From positions 25,842 to 89,841 of the IMG/VR virus record IMGVR_UViG_3300043774_001004: 64,000 nucleotides of DNA; one strand, 5' to 3'. This document shows, in pieces, positions 48,608-57,840 of this stretch. The notes under the pieces were generated by a model, which worked only from the letters and a program-made list of their open reading frames with translations, had not been told where the DNA came from and did no database searches. Position 1 is the stretch's first letter. Each line of letters starts with the position of its first letter. The position numbers were made by a program, and so were the translations under genes. The DNA is from a virus.

Positions 48608-49842
48608 GTAAAATCTGGCAAAAAAACAACCAGTTAGATAGAGATGCAGAAATCTTCTGTAGCTTTACCACTGGCAATGATTATCAATTAGACGATGTTT
48701 ATTTTCTAAAACATGACATCGATGCCAGCATTGTTTGGGTTCAGGCCCTGTTGCAGTGTGGTATTTACAATAATGAAGAGGCAGCCAAAGTAATTGATGA
48801 ACTTCTCCGTATACAAATAGATCATGAACAGGGTGACTTTCATGTTCGACAAAGTGATGAAGACTGTCATACTGCAATTGAAAAAAGGCTTATCGAGATG
48901 ACCGGGGAGCTTGGTAAGAAGATTCATACAGGTCGAAGCAGGAATGATCAGTCATTGACCATGATCAGACTATTCATGAAAGACACACTTACTGAAATCA
49001 TAGGTGACGCAAGTACATTGAATTTGGAAATAAGTGAAAGATTTAATGAATGGTTTGATCAGGTCTTCATCGGCTATTCACATACACAACAGGCAATGCC
49101 TATTACCGTAGGTCACTACTTCATGGCATTTAAAGAATCTCTCCTAGACGATATTTCAAATATCATTTCAACTCATAATCATATCAATCTTTGCCCATTG
49201 GGTACAGGAGCCGGTTTTGGTACACCTCTAGATATAAACAGAGATTTTATTGCAGCAGCACTGGGTTTCAGAGAGGTACAAAACAATAGTCTGTACTGCC
49301 AAAATAGTAGAGGCAAGTTCGAGTTATTATACATACAGTCTCTGATGCAGGTCATGCTTACACTACAGCGACTGGCGTCAGATATGGTGTTATACACTTC
49401 TAGAGAGTATAGCCTGTTTAAGATGTCTGATAGTCTTTCACAAGGTAGCAGTATGATGCCACAGAAAAAGAACCCAGATGTCTTTGAAATAATCAGGGCA
49501 AAAGCCGCAGATGTTATGGCGCTTGAGGAACGGGTTAAGTTTATCATTAAGGGTTTGCCAAGTGGGTATAACAGAGATCTACAAGAAATAAAAGCCTGCA
49601 TTGTTGATGCCTATAATATCACTAAAAACTGTATCTATGTTACAAAGCTGGCTATCAAACATATTGAGCCAAATCCAGAAATGATAGAAAAGAGACTGGA
49701 AAAAGATATAGTGGCCACAGATTATGTCATCAGTAAATGTATGAATGAGCCAGATCTTAATTTCAGAGACTTATACAATGAAATCATGAATGGTGAAATT
49801 AACATGTCAGTTTCAGATGCTGTAAAGCTTAGAATAGGCTAA
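48604..49842 (+). CDS. argH: Argininosuccinate lyase
   Basis: EDCH, HTGRSRNDQ, GSSMMPQKKNPD, SGYNRDLQE. Confidence 0.95.
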   Translation: MSKIWQKNNQLDRDAEIFCSFTTGNDYQLDDVYFLKHDIDASIVWVQALLQCGIYNNEEAAKVIDELLRIQIDHEQGDFHVRQSDEDCHTAIEKRLIEMTGELGKKIHTGRSRNDQSLTMIRLFMKDTLTEIIGDASTLNLEISERFNEWFDQVFIGYSHTQQAMPITVGHYFMAFKESLLDDISNIISTHNHINLCPLGTGAGFGTPLDINRDFIAAALGFREVQNNSLYCQNSRGKFELLYIQSLMQVMLTLQRLASDMVLYTSREYSLFKMSDSLSQGSSMMPQKKNPDVFEIIRAKAADVMALEERVKFIIKGLPSGYNRDLQEIKACIVDAYNITKNCIYVTKLAIKHIEPNPEMIEKRLEKDIVATDYVISKCMNEPDLNFRDLYNEIMNGEINMSVSDAVKLRIG

Positions 49843-49870
49843 ATATATAGATATACAAATAAGCAAGAAA

Positions 49871-50146
49871 ATGGGCAATACAAAACACTTTAAGACATTT
49901 GAAAGTTTCTTAAATGAAACCAAATCTGTAAATGAAAATGAAAAATTAGATCTTGATAAGAATGGAATCTATATTCTAGATGGAGGTTTAAACAAGAGTG
50001 GAGAATGGGATGAAAAAAGTTTGAAAAAAGCAAAGGTTCTATATTACACAATGGACTTTAAAGATCCTAAATTAAAAAACTTCCAAGAAGATGGAATGGT
50101 GAAGGTTGATATTAGCGATGATGGTATTGATGTGGTAGAGTATTAA
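49871..50146 (+). CDS. Putative internal head protein (CTS-like leader)
   Basis: KHFKTFESFLNETKSVNE. Confidence 0.6.
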   Translation: MGNTKHFKTFESFLNETKSVNENEKLDLDKNGIYILDGGLNKSGEWDEKSLKKAKVLYYTMDFKDPKLKNFQEDGMVKVDISDDGIDVVEY

Positions 50147-50235
50147 CAATTAAATAAAAAATCTATAAAATGAAAAACCAGAAACATTTTAAGACATTTG
50201 AAAGTTTCTTAAATGAAACCAAATCTGTAAATGAA
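49889..50235 (+). repeat. 48-bp perfect direct repeat (49889-49936 and 50188-50235) encoding the leader
   Basis: TTTAAGACATTTGAAAGTTTCTTAAATGAAACCAAATCTGTAAATGAA occurs twice. Confidence 0.9.
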
Positions 50236-50424
50236 GGAGCAATAACAAAAGCTATTAGACCTAGCCTGGAAGGTGAAGTTAAAGTAGCCGTTGAAGCTTT
50301 GGAAAATCTGTTAAAATCGACAGGCGCAATCATAGATTATAAACATGCAGATGAACTAGCAGATTGTATTATCGATATCATCGATGCTGCAAAGGCCGAG
50401 GAAAGAGCTGAATACAAAGACTAA
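50170..50424 (+). CDS. Putative internal head protein (CTS-like leader)
   Basis: Same leader as 49871, unrelated body. Confidence 0.6.
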   Translation: MKNQKHFKTFESFLNETKSVNEGAITKAIRPSLEGEVKVAVEALENLLKSTGAIIDYKHADELADCIIDIIDAAKAEERAEYKD

Positions 50425-50450
50425 CTTCTACAAATAAAACAATCAAAGGA

Positions 50451-50804
50451 ATGAAATACTTTAAACTATTCGAACAATTTGCACAGAATTTAAAGTCTGT
50501 AAATGAGGCTAAAATCGAGTACTCGTTAAAAGACCTTATGTCAGATGCCCCGAGTAAAGAGTATTCTAAAATGTGTGATTTTATTGCGAGCACTATAGGT
50601 GAAGATCCTAAAAATATCGCAGTAATTACTAGTGAAGACGACAACTTCGGTGATTATGAAGAGAAATTTAGAAATAGCAAGTTTACACCTATGAATAACC
50701 CGTCTGCAGAAACTTCGACTTTCTATAGTAAAGATTCCAATGTGGTTATGAGCAATGACGGAAGCGCTGTTTCATATTTCGTATCTGCAAAAGACATGGT
50801 GTAA
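50451..50804 (+). CDS. Putative internal head protein (CTS-like leader)
   Basis: MKYFKLFEQFAQNLKSVNE. Confidence 0.6.
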   Translation: MKYFKLFEQFAQNLKSVNEAKIEYSLKDLMSDAPSKEYSKMCDFIASTIGEDPKNIAVITSEDDNFGDYEEKFRNSKFTPMNNPSAETSTFYSKDSNVVMSNDGSAVSYFVSAKDMV

Positions 50805-50956
50805 TGAAGCAACTGGTTAATAAATATAATGAATTTATTGATAAGCTGAAAGAACCCCAAGAAGAGTTTCTAAAAAAGAAACAGGTTGACAATACAGCAA
50901 TGCATATGGGAGGTAAAGGCCTTGGTAATTTCATAAAACATTATTCAGAAAGATAA
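50804..50956 (+). CDS. 50-aa protein not in the ORF track (MKQLVNKYNEFID...)
   Basis: TAATG coupling to the upstream gene; ends just before a terminator. Confidence 0.55.
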   Translation: MKQLVNKYNEFIDKLKEPQEEFLKKKQVDNTAMHMGGKGLGNFIKHYSER

Positions 50957-50957
50957 C

Positions 50958-50982
50958 AAAAAGCGACTACGGTCGCTTTTTT
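50958..50982 (+). terminator. Intrinsic terminator with C(UACG)G tetraloop
   Basis: AAAAAGCGAC-TACG-GTCGCTTTTTT. Confidence 0.9.
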
Positions 50983-50993
50983 AGTGTCTCGGC

Positions 50994-51020
50994 TAAACAA
51001 ACACTGTTATTTAGCTATAA
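50994..51020 (+). promoter_or_regulatory. Putative phage promoter TAAAC-N17-TATAA
   Basis: TAAAC 50994-50998, TATAA 51016-51020; ATG follows after 5 nt. Confidence 0.65.
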
Positions 51021-51025
51021 TCTAT

Positions 51026-51760
51026 ATGCTAAATGATTATTTCAACAGACTTATTGTTTTCGATATCGAAACTGCAAGTGAGTGCGAAACACTCGATCAC
51101 TTAATGGACGAGAAAGGCCCACATAAAGTGGAGCTTTGGAGAAAGCGCTGTACTTGGCTCAGAAACAGATATCCTGAGAACGCAAATCTTACAGATGACC
51201 AGCTTTATGTAGAAAAGGCGGCATTACAACCAGAATTTTCTAAAATTATCTGCATCAGTATTGCTCAGATTAAAGGCGATGGTGAATCCATTGTAATTAA
51301 GAGTTATGCAGGCCATGATGAAAAGGAAATCTTGACCGATTTTGTAAAATTGAATGCAAATATACTCGGTAAAATTCCTGGTGCCACATACTGCGGCCAT
51401 AATATAAAAAGATTTGATGTGCCCTTTATTGCAAAACGATTAGCAATCAACGGTATTCAGATTCCTACTAACTTCCAGATCTTCAAAATGAAAAGCTGGG
51501 AAATACCATTTATGGACACTGGTGACATCTGGTCTTTTGGAGCTTGGCAAGAGGGCTTCTCTTCTCTAGATCTTATTTGTGAATGCCTTGGTGTCCCAAC
51601 ACCTAAAAATAAAATGGAAGGCAAGGATGTAGGACCTGCATATTTTTCAGGTAAGCTGGATGAGATTAAAACATATTGCGAAAAGGACGTAGAGGCAACA
51701 TGTCGTGTTATTTTGAAGCTCAGTCATATTGATAAAAACCCATTTGTGGAAAGAAAGTGA
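51026..51760 (+). CDS. DEDD 3'-5' exonuclease (PolB-exonuclease-like, stand-alone)
   Basis: VFDIET, GHNIKRFDVPF, YCEKDV. Confidence 0.85.
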   Translation: MLNDYFNRLIVFDIETASECETLDHLMDEKGPHKVELWRKRCTWLRNRYPENANLTDDQLYVEKAALQPEFSKIICISIAQIKGDGESIVIKSYAGHDEKEILTDFVKLNANILGKIPGATYCGHNIKRFDVPFIAKRLAINGIQIPTNFQIFKMKSWEIPFMDTGDIWSFGAWQEGFSSLDLICECLGVPTPKNKMEGKDVGPAYFSGKLDEIKTYCEKDVEATCRVILKLSHIDKNPFVERK

Positions 51761-52278
51761 AAAAGCAAAAATTTACAGTAAACAACCGTACAAACTACCA
51801 GATTACTGCTAAAGAGGTTCGAGTTACCGGCGAAGGTATCGAAAGTAGAATCTTAAGTACGAAAGAAGCAATTACAATCGCAGAAGATATGGGCTTAGAC
51901 CTTATCGAAATTGCGGCCAATGCGAATCCGCCTGTTTGTAAAATACAGGAATTTAGTAAGTTCGTGTATGAAAAGAAACTACAGGATAAGCAAAATAAAA
52001 AGAACAGAACTGAATTAAAGGAGGTTCAGCTATCTCCGGTTATTTCAGACCATGATCTCAAGACAAAGGCTAAAGCAGCCTGTGGCTTCTTAGATAAAGG
52101 TGATAAGGTTAAAGTGTGTATGCTTTTCAGAGGTCGCCAGAATGCCCACAGGGAATTTGGAAGTACTATTATGCTTAAGTTTATGGACTTAACAGAGGAA
52201 TTTGGTACAATAGAAAGTGAGCCAAAATTCGAAGGCAATAAAATGATTGCCATGTTCAAGCCGAAAAAAAAGCAATAA
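51757..52278 (+). CDS. infC: Translation initiation factor IF-3
   Basis: NYQITAKEVRV, PPVCKI, KEVQLSPVISDHDL, GDKVKV; GTG start overlapping the upstream TGA. Confidence 0.92.
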   Translation: MKKQKFTVNNRTNYQITAKEVRVTGEGIESRILSTKEAITIAEDMGLDLIEIAANANPPVCKIQEFSKFVYEKKLQDKQNKKNRTELKEVQLSPVISDHDLKTKAKAACGFLDKGDKVKVCMLFRGRQNAHREFGSTIMLKFMDLTEEFGTIESEPKFEGNKMIAMFKPKKKQ

Positions 52279-52315
52279 ACTTTTCTATCTGAAAGGTTTA
52301 TTTTATATTTACACT

Positions 52316-52993
52316 ATGAGAATAACACTAATATCAGATACACACAACAAACACAAGCAGGTCACACATGCCCTGCCTGGTGGTGATGTACTTATTCATG
52401 CTGGTGATATCTCATCTATGGGGTACGAGCATGAAATCAGAGAGTTTTGCAAATGGTTTAATGGTCTAGATAATTACAAGACCAAGATCTTTATTGCAGG
52501 TAACCATGATTGGGGCTTTCAAGATAGTCCAAGCAGGATTAAAGAAATCTTAGACTTCTACACAAACATCACGTATTTACAAGACAGTGGCGTTGAAATC
52601 GATGGCGCTAAAATATGGGGTAGCCCATGGCAACCACGTTTTTACAACTGGGCTTTTAATGCAGATCGTGGTGAAGATATTATGAAGCACTGGAATAAAA
52701 TACCAGAAGACACAGATATCTTAATTACACATGGTCCAGCATTCGGATATCGAGATGTTGTAACTGGTAGAACTGACAGATTGGGTTGTGATGACCTGAG
52801 AATGCGAATCGAGGAAATTAAACCTAAATTCCATGTATGTGGTCACATTCATACCGGCTATGGATATGCCTGGAATGAAAACACGTATTTCTTTAATGCA
52901 TCAGTACTTGATGAAAGCTACAAATATGCACATAAGCCAATTACGTTCGACTGGAATAAAGATACCAATCAAATAGATTTTATAGATGAGTAA
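52316..52993 (+). CDS. Metallophosphoesterase
   Basis: ISDTH, HAGD, AGNHD, LITHGP, CGHIH. Confidence 0.9.
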   Translation: MRITLISDTHNKHKQVTHALPGGDVLIHAGDISSMGYEHEIREFCKWFNGLDNYKTKIFIAGNHDWGFQDSPSRIKEILDFYTNITYLQDSGVEIDGAKIWGSPWQPRFYNWAFNADRGEDIMKHWNKIPEDTDILITHGPAFGYRDVVTGRTDRLGCDDLRMRIEEIKPKFHVCGHIHTGYGYAWNENTYFFNASVLDESYKYAHKPITFDWNKDTNQIDFIDE

Positions 52994-53279
52994 AGATAAC
53001 GCAGATAAGAAATATGTAGCAGTAGTGTTGCCTCCGATTTTTGACCTGGATGAATTTATGAAATTCATCGGCTTTAAACTAAAGGGGACACACAGTTATG
53101 TAAAGAATGATAAGAAAATTATCCTGTCAGATGGTTTCTTTTGCTGTATGCAGGTTGAAGATGATATAGAAACTGGCACACAGATAGAAATTATTAAGTG
53201 CCAGCTTTCTTTTATTCCAGACATCTGGATGATGAATATGTTATTGATGGAAATTGATTTCATCGACGAATTGTTCTAA
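52986..53279 (+). CDS. Hypothetical protein
   Basis: 97-aa ORF. Confidence 0.5.
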   Translation: MSKDNADKKYVAVVLPPIFDLDEFMKFIGFKLKGTHSYVKNDKKIILSDGFFCCMQVEDDIETGTQIEIIKCQLSFIPDIWMMNMLLMEIDFIDELF

Positions 53280-53290
53280 AATCACTTATT

Positions 53291-54052
53291 ATGAAAAAAC
53301 TAATTGAAAAACTACAAACTAAAATTATCCTGTGGTCTCCAAAAACCACTAGACAAAAAAAGGTCAAGAACCTGTTGATGAAGATTGCAGATCATATACT
53401 CTATCCAGAGTTTCGTGATCCTAAATTTACAAGACGTGTTAAAGCTGTGTTTTATACACCGCTGATTGCAACAGTATGCTTCTTTGCATTTTTGAAAATG
53501 TCCGCTAATACTAAAGTGATGGCCACAGCTTATGATATTTTAGGTATAGAGCCAGATGTGCTAATTTTTAATACAGATTCAGATTATGAATTGCTTAGAG
53601 GCATTGTACTTGAAGAAAGTGGAATTGATATTCCAGAACATGTGCCATATGCTCACTTGAAGTTAATGTATGACCAGTGCCAGGAAAAAGATGTGCCAGT
53701 TGCAATATTCTTCAGGCTTGTTTACTTTGAAAGTAGATTTGACTCTACTGCAACTTCGCATGCTGGCGCCAAGGGTTATTGTCAAATCATGCCAGCAACA
53801 TTCAAAATGTGGTATGATAAAATGAAACTAAAGGGCGGTAAAAATGTAGAAAACAATATAAAAATATCTACGCAGTTAATTTCTGATCTTGAAAGAAATT
53901 TCGTAAAATATGATGAACGTAAAAAATGGGAACTGGTTCTTTCTTCATATAATGCAGGAATAGGACGTGTTATAGATGCAGGTTACAATGTTCCTAACAT
54001 TTCAGAAACCAAAAAATATGTCCGCAACATATTAAGTGACGTAGAACTATGA
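53291..54052 (+). CDS. Membrane-anchored lytic transglycosylase (SLT)
   Basis: ESRF..SHAGAKGYCQIMP, YNAG, ETKKYV; one TM segment. Confidence 0.85.
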   Translation: MKKLIEKLQTKIILWSPKTTRQKKVKNLLMKIADHILYPEFRDPKFTRRVKAVFYTPLIATVCFFAFLKMSANTKVMATAYDILGIEPDVLIFNTDSDYELLRGIVLEESGIDIPEHVPYAHLKLMYDQCQEKDVPVAIFFRLVYFESRFDSTATSHAGAKGYCQIMPATFKMWYDKMKLKGGKNVENNIKISTQLISDLERNFVKYDERKKWELVLSSYNAGIGRVIDAGYNVPNISETKKYVRNILSDVEL

Positions 54053-54996
54053 GAATATCATTAGAACGCAGAATACTAGATTTAGATCCACCTTCTTTAC
54101 AAGAAAACGATATGTCAGAAAAATCAAACAATTTTACACAATGGTCTATACTCCCGAATGGGGTATTTGCACCGGCCCAAGATACGGTCAAAAGATTGAA
54201 TGCAGGTTTATATGAGATTAAATTTGACAATTCAATGGGCACTTATACAATGGTATATCAAAAACTCAATGCAGATGAGCTTTTCTTTTTACCTTCACCA
54301 GAAATTGAAGAAGTCATTGATGATATCAAAAAATTCTGGAAAAAAATAGAAACCTTCAAGTCATATAAGTTTGCCCATAAAAGAGGTATTCTCCTATACG
54401 GTGAACCAGGCTGTGGCAAATCTAGTATCATTCAGCTTTGTATGAAACACATTGTTGAAGACATGGATGGTATCGTTATCAATATCAAAGACGAAGATGA
54501 TGTTGATAACTATCTCTCATTTATCCATAACTTTAGAAAGGTAGAACCTACTAGACCCCTGATTATAATCATGGAAGATCTTGACTCAATTGTAGGTGAA
54601 GATCGCTATTCTACATCTAGAGTATTGAATGTGCTTGATGGCATTAAGCAAATCGAGAATGTTGTATACATTGCAACTACCAATTACCCAGAAAAGCTAG
54701 AAGAACGTATTACAGACCGTCCTAGTCGATTTGATCGTCGTTATGAAGTGCAATTGCCAGATGCTGAAATGCGTTTGGCCTATTTCAAGCACAAGGTACC
54801 GGCTAAAGATCTAAAGAAACTGGACATCGATCAATGGGTTAAAGACTCTGATAAGATGTCGATTGCCCATTTACGTGAGCTTGTTATTTCAACCATGGTT
54901 CTTGGTAATACATATGAAGAAACCATTGAGAGACTTAAAAACTTAAAAACTAAACCTAAGAATAAGAAGTCTTCCTCTTTAGGTTTTGGACGTTGA
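54049..54996 (+). CDS. AAA+ ATPase
   Basis: GEPGCGKS, IMEDLD, TTNYPE, RPSRFDR. Confidence 0.9.
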   Translation: MRISLERRILDLDPPSLQENDMSEKSNNFTQWSILPNGVFAPAQDTVKRLNAGLYEIKFDNSMGTYTMVYQKLNADELFFLPSPEIEEVIDDIKKFWKKIETFKSYKFAHKRGILLYGEPGCGKSSIIQLCMKHIVEDMDGIVINIKDEDDVDNYLSFIHNFRKVEPTRPLIIIMEDLDSIVGEDRYSTSRVLNVLDGIKQIENVVYIATTNYPEKLEERITDRPSRFDRRYEVQLPDAEMRLAYFKHKVPAKDLKKLDIDQWVKDSDKMSIAHLRELVISTMVLGNTYEETIERLKNLKTKPKNKKSSSLGFGR

Positions 54997-55024
54997 TAAA
55001 TACTAAAAGAAACAGATAATTAAA

Positions 55025-55603
55025 ATGAGTAATCTAGTAGGAAAATACAATCAGTTTGGTAAGAATCCAAACCCTGTAAACGAAGCTGCAGTAACTGTAG
55101 GTGGTAAATTAGTAACACCAAAAACGTTACCAGCAAGTGTAGTTAAGACTATCAACGAAAGAATCGGTGATGAATACGCTGCGCATTATTTCTATAGAAA
55201 TGCAGCCAACTGGTGCAAAGACAAAAATTATAAAAAGGCAGCTGCTTTCTTTGAGGTTGAAGCTAACACTGAATTAGAGCATGCTAAAGGTCTTCAAGAT
55301 TATGTGACACAATGGAATGAACTTCCTGCTATCCCTCCTGCACCAACTGAGGTTAAATTTGAAAGCCTTGTTGATATTGTTAATGGGGCATATGAAATGG
55401 AATATAATCTTTTCCAGAATTATTCAGATTTTCAAACTGATCTATTAACCGTACACCCTGCTACATTTAACTTTATACAAGGGTACTTAAATGGTCAAAA
55501 CGAGTCAGTGGCTGAGTATTGTGATTTAATCAATGCCCTAGAGCTTGTAGATATCGACAATAGACTTGATATTCTTTATTTCGAAAATCAATATTTCGGT
55601 TAA
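55025..55603 (+). CDS. Ferritin-like protein with N-terminal leader
   Basis: E..A..FY, AAFF..EANTELEHA, YEME, QNESVAE. Confidence 0.8.
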   Translation: MSNLVGKYNQFGKNPNPVNEAAVTVGGKLVTPKTLPASVVKTINERIGDEYAAHYFYRNAANWCKDKNYKKAAAFFEVEANTELEHAKGLQDYVTQWNELPAIPPAPTEVKFESLVDIVNGAYEMEYNLFQNYSDFQTDLLTVHPATFNFIQGYLNGQNESVAEYCDLINALELVDIDNRLDILYFENQYFG

Positions 55604-56124
55604 TGAAATTAAAATCTTTCAAAGAGTTTAAAGTATCAGAAAACTTCCAATATCACTTGGACAACGGAATCGGCATATCTGATTCCGTTTTCCGTTTGGG
55701 TAGTGATGCATTTAAGAAACTATTTGAGGAGGCTAAAAAATACTGGGATGAGGATAATGTTATCTTAAATGATAAAGATGCCTGGATAGTTCAAAACCTG
55801 GAAGTTGGTAAAAAGGCCATCTATGATGGTCGTGAAGTTGAGTTAGATACACCATCAAGAGGTGGAGACCAGAAATTTGTTGTCTATCACAACAGTGGCC
55901 GTAAAGACAAAGACGGTAACATTGTAGCCAAAAAGATTGAATGGGGTGATAGCAGTGGTTTAAGCATCAAGAATGACGATCCTGCAGCCGCAGCTTCTTT
56001 TTGGGCGAGACAAAAATGTGATACAAAGGCGAAAATGGACCCACTTACTAAAGGCTTTTGGGCCTGTTATGGACCATCACTTTTCAATAAGCAGTTAGGT
56101 TTAGCATCAGACGAACCTTGGTAA
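55603..56124 (+). CDS. Hypothetical phage protein with CTS-like leader (DUF6321-like C-terminus)
   Basis: MKLKSFKEFKVSE; WGD..SFWARQKC..FWAC. Confidence 0.55.
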   Translation: MKLKSFKEFKVSENFQYHLDNGIGISDSVFRLGSDAFKKLFEEAKKYWDEDNVILNDKDAWIVQNLEVGKKAIYDGREVELDTPSRGGDQKFVVYHNSGRKDKDGNIVAKKIEWGDSSGLSIKNDDPAAAASFWARQKCDTKAKMDPLTKGFWACYGPSLFNKQLGLASDEPW

Positions 56125-56137
56125 AAATATATAGAAT

Positions 56138-56380
56138 ATGAAACACATTAAAACATTCGAAAACTTCTTAACTGAATCCCTTAACGAAGACTTACCTGAT
56201 GGAATTATTCGTGTATTTAAGACTAAAGACATGAAAGACTATATAAAAGACGTTCCTGTAGATAACATCAAAGAAAGAGGAAAAGACATAAAAGTGAAGA
56301 ACTATATTGTTAACACCGTAGTTCTTAAAGATGGCACTAAAGGATGGATATGGTCAGAGAACGAAAATTTTGAAGATTAA
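56138..56380 (+). CDS. Putative internal head protein
   Basis: MKHIKTFENFLTESLNE. Confidence 0.6.
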   Translation: MKHIKTFENFLTESLNEDLPDGIIRVFKTKDMKDYIKDVPVDNIKERGKDIKVKNYIVNTVVLKDGTKGWIWSENENFED

Positions 56381-56383
56381 AAA

Positions 56384-56815
56384 ATGAAACACTTACAAAC
56401 ATTCGAAAACTTCCTGAATGAAGCTATGAGAGATTCATCGAAGGAATATAATGATATGAGATATGAAATCTGGTATCAAGCCCCTAAGGGTTACTTTGCA
56501 AAAGGTATCGGTGAAATGAAAGGTAAAATCGAGACGTCCTATTTTGAAACTTCAGAAGAGGCCGAAGAACATGCAGAAGCTGAAATCGATGGATATTTAG
56601 GTGAGTCTTTATCAGAAAAGACCAGTGCCAATGAAGCATATAGCTACACTCTTAAAGGCGGAGCAATACGTGGAAGTGGAGATACTTGGCCTGATATCGA
56701 AATAGAAGAAACTTCAGATACTATCACCATTTCTCAGAAGATAGGTTCAAAAACAAATAAAGTGCTTTTTAGCAAAAAACAGTTTAGAGAAATGAAAAAC
56801 TCTGACATAAACTAA
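56384..56815 (+). CDS. Putative internal head protein
   Basis: MKHLQTFENFLNE. Confidence 0.6.
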   Translation: MKHLQTFENFLNEAMRDSSKEYNDMRYEIWYQAPKGYFAKGIGEMKGKIETSYFETSEEAEEHAEAEIDGYLGESLSEKTSANEAYSYTLKGGAIRGSGDTWPDIEIEETSDTITISQKIGSKTNKVLFSKKQFREMKNSDIN

Positions 56816-56824
56816 AATAAAAAA

Positions 56825-57826
56825 ATGAAACACATTAAAACATACGAAGCCTTTCTAAATGAGGGTAAAGAACTTGAATTAGGTGTAAAATACGTATACA
56901 CTAAAACCGATGAAGTGGGCTATATCAGTACTGGTGGCTCAGATAACCCAAAACACTGGGAATTTTTAGTGAGCATTCAAGGTAGAGGTAAAAATAGTGG
57001 AAAACTCGGAGTTGAATCATATCCTTATGAAGACGTTAAAAAGTATCTCAAGCCTGCAAAAGATCAAAAGGGCGGAGGATTTGAAGACTACTTAAACAAA
57101 GGTGGTCGAGTATGGGATAATGAAAATCAGGAACCAGGTTCTGAAGTAAGCGAAAAGAAGCAGGAACTAGGATTATATGTTATAGGTAGAACATCCCGTG
57201 ATAACACTAAGATTGGTGAGTGGTTAAAGAACTCTGACTTCCATGCTGAATGGAACGCCAGAGAAGGCTATTGGTTATTTCCAGCTGACGATGAAAGTGA
57301 ATATGATGAGTTAGAAAGAGAACTTGATATGCAATTTGCTAATCATGGCATTGATGCCCGATTTGAAGGTATTTTCGAGTCATCTGTAAACGAGTCAATG
57401 GAAACTATCGTTGATGACCCAACTGCACCTGGTGTATTTGCTCGTATAAAGAAGAATAAGCAAGAGTATCGAGATATAATTAAAAATGAATTGAATAAGA
57501 AATTTGATATGGAAGATTCAGGTATGTTATTCCCACATCAGTATAAAGAAGGTGTTGACTATTACACATTTTCAATGGATGATGGTATGGGAGAAACAAC
57601 TGCTAGAATCATTTTCCCAAATAGCGAAAAGGACAAGGAGAAAGAAAAATTTGCAAAAAAGGTTGCAGACCATATCAGTAAATTCGTAGAGAAAGATTCA
57701 AAGATAAAGAAAATTGAAAACGGTCCATCATATACAGGAGATATTGCTAATGCATTTGCCGATCCACAAAACGGTAACTGGACAATAACCTGGAGACCTA
57801 AATTCTTTGTAAGAAAGCAAAACTAA
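56825..57826 (+). CDS. Putative internal head protein, multi-module
   Basis: MKHIKTYEAFLNE; internal VSE and SVNE linkers. Confidence 0.6.
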   Translation: MKHIKTYEAFLNEGKELELGVKYVYTKTDEVGYISTGGSDNPKHWEFLVSIQGRGKNSGKLGVESYPYEDVKKYLKPAKDQKGGGFEDYLNKGGRVWDNENQEPGSEVSEKKQELGLYVIGRTSRDNTKIGEWLKNSDFHAEWNAREGYWLFPADDESEYDELERELDMQFANHGIDARFEGIFESSVNESMETIVDDPTAPGVFARIKKNKQEYRDIIKNELNKKFDMEDSGMLFPHQYKEGVDYYTFSMDDGMGETTARIIFPNSEKDKEKEKFAKKVADHISKFVEKDSKIKKIENGPSYTGDIANAFADPQNGNWTITWRPKFFVRKQN

Positions 57827-57840
57827 AATAACAATTAACA

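Noticed and set aside
17997-49842. Bacterial chromosome (LPS locus plus arg operon)
   Set aside because: No wzx/wzy/ABC export genes, pathways are partial, and the genes are interleaved with phage hallmarks (homing endonuclease, internal-protein leaders, endolysins).
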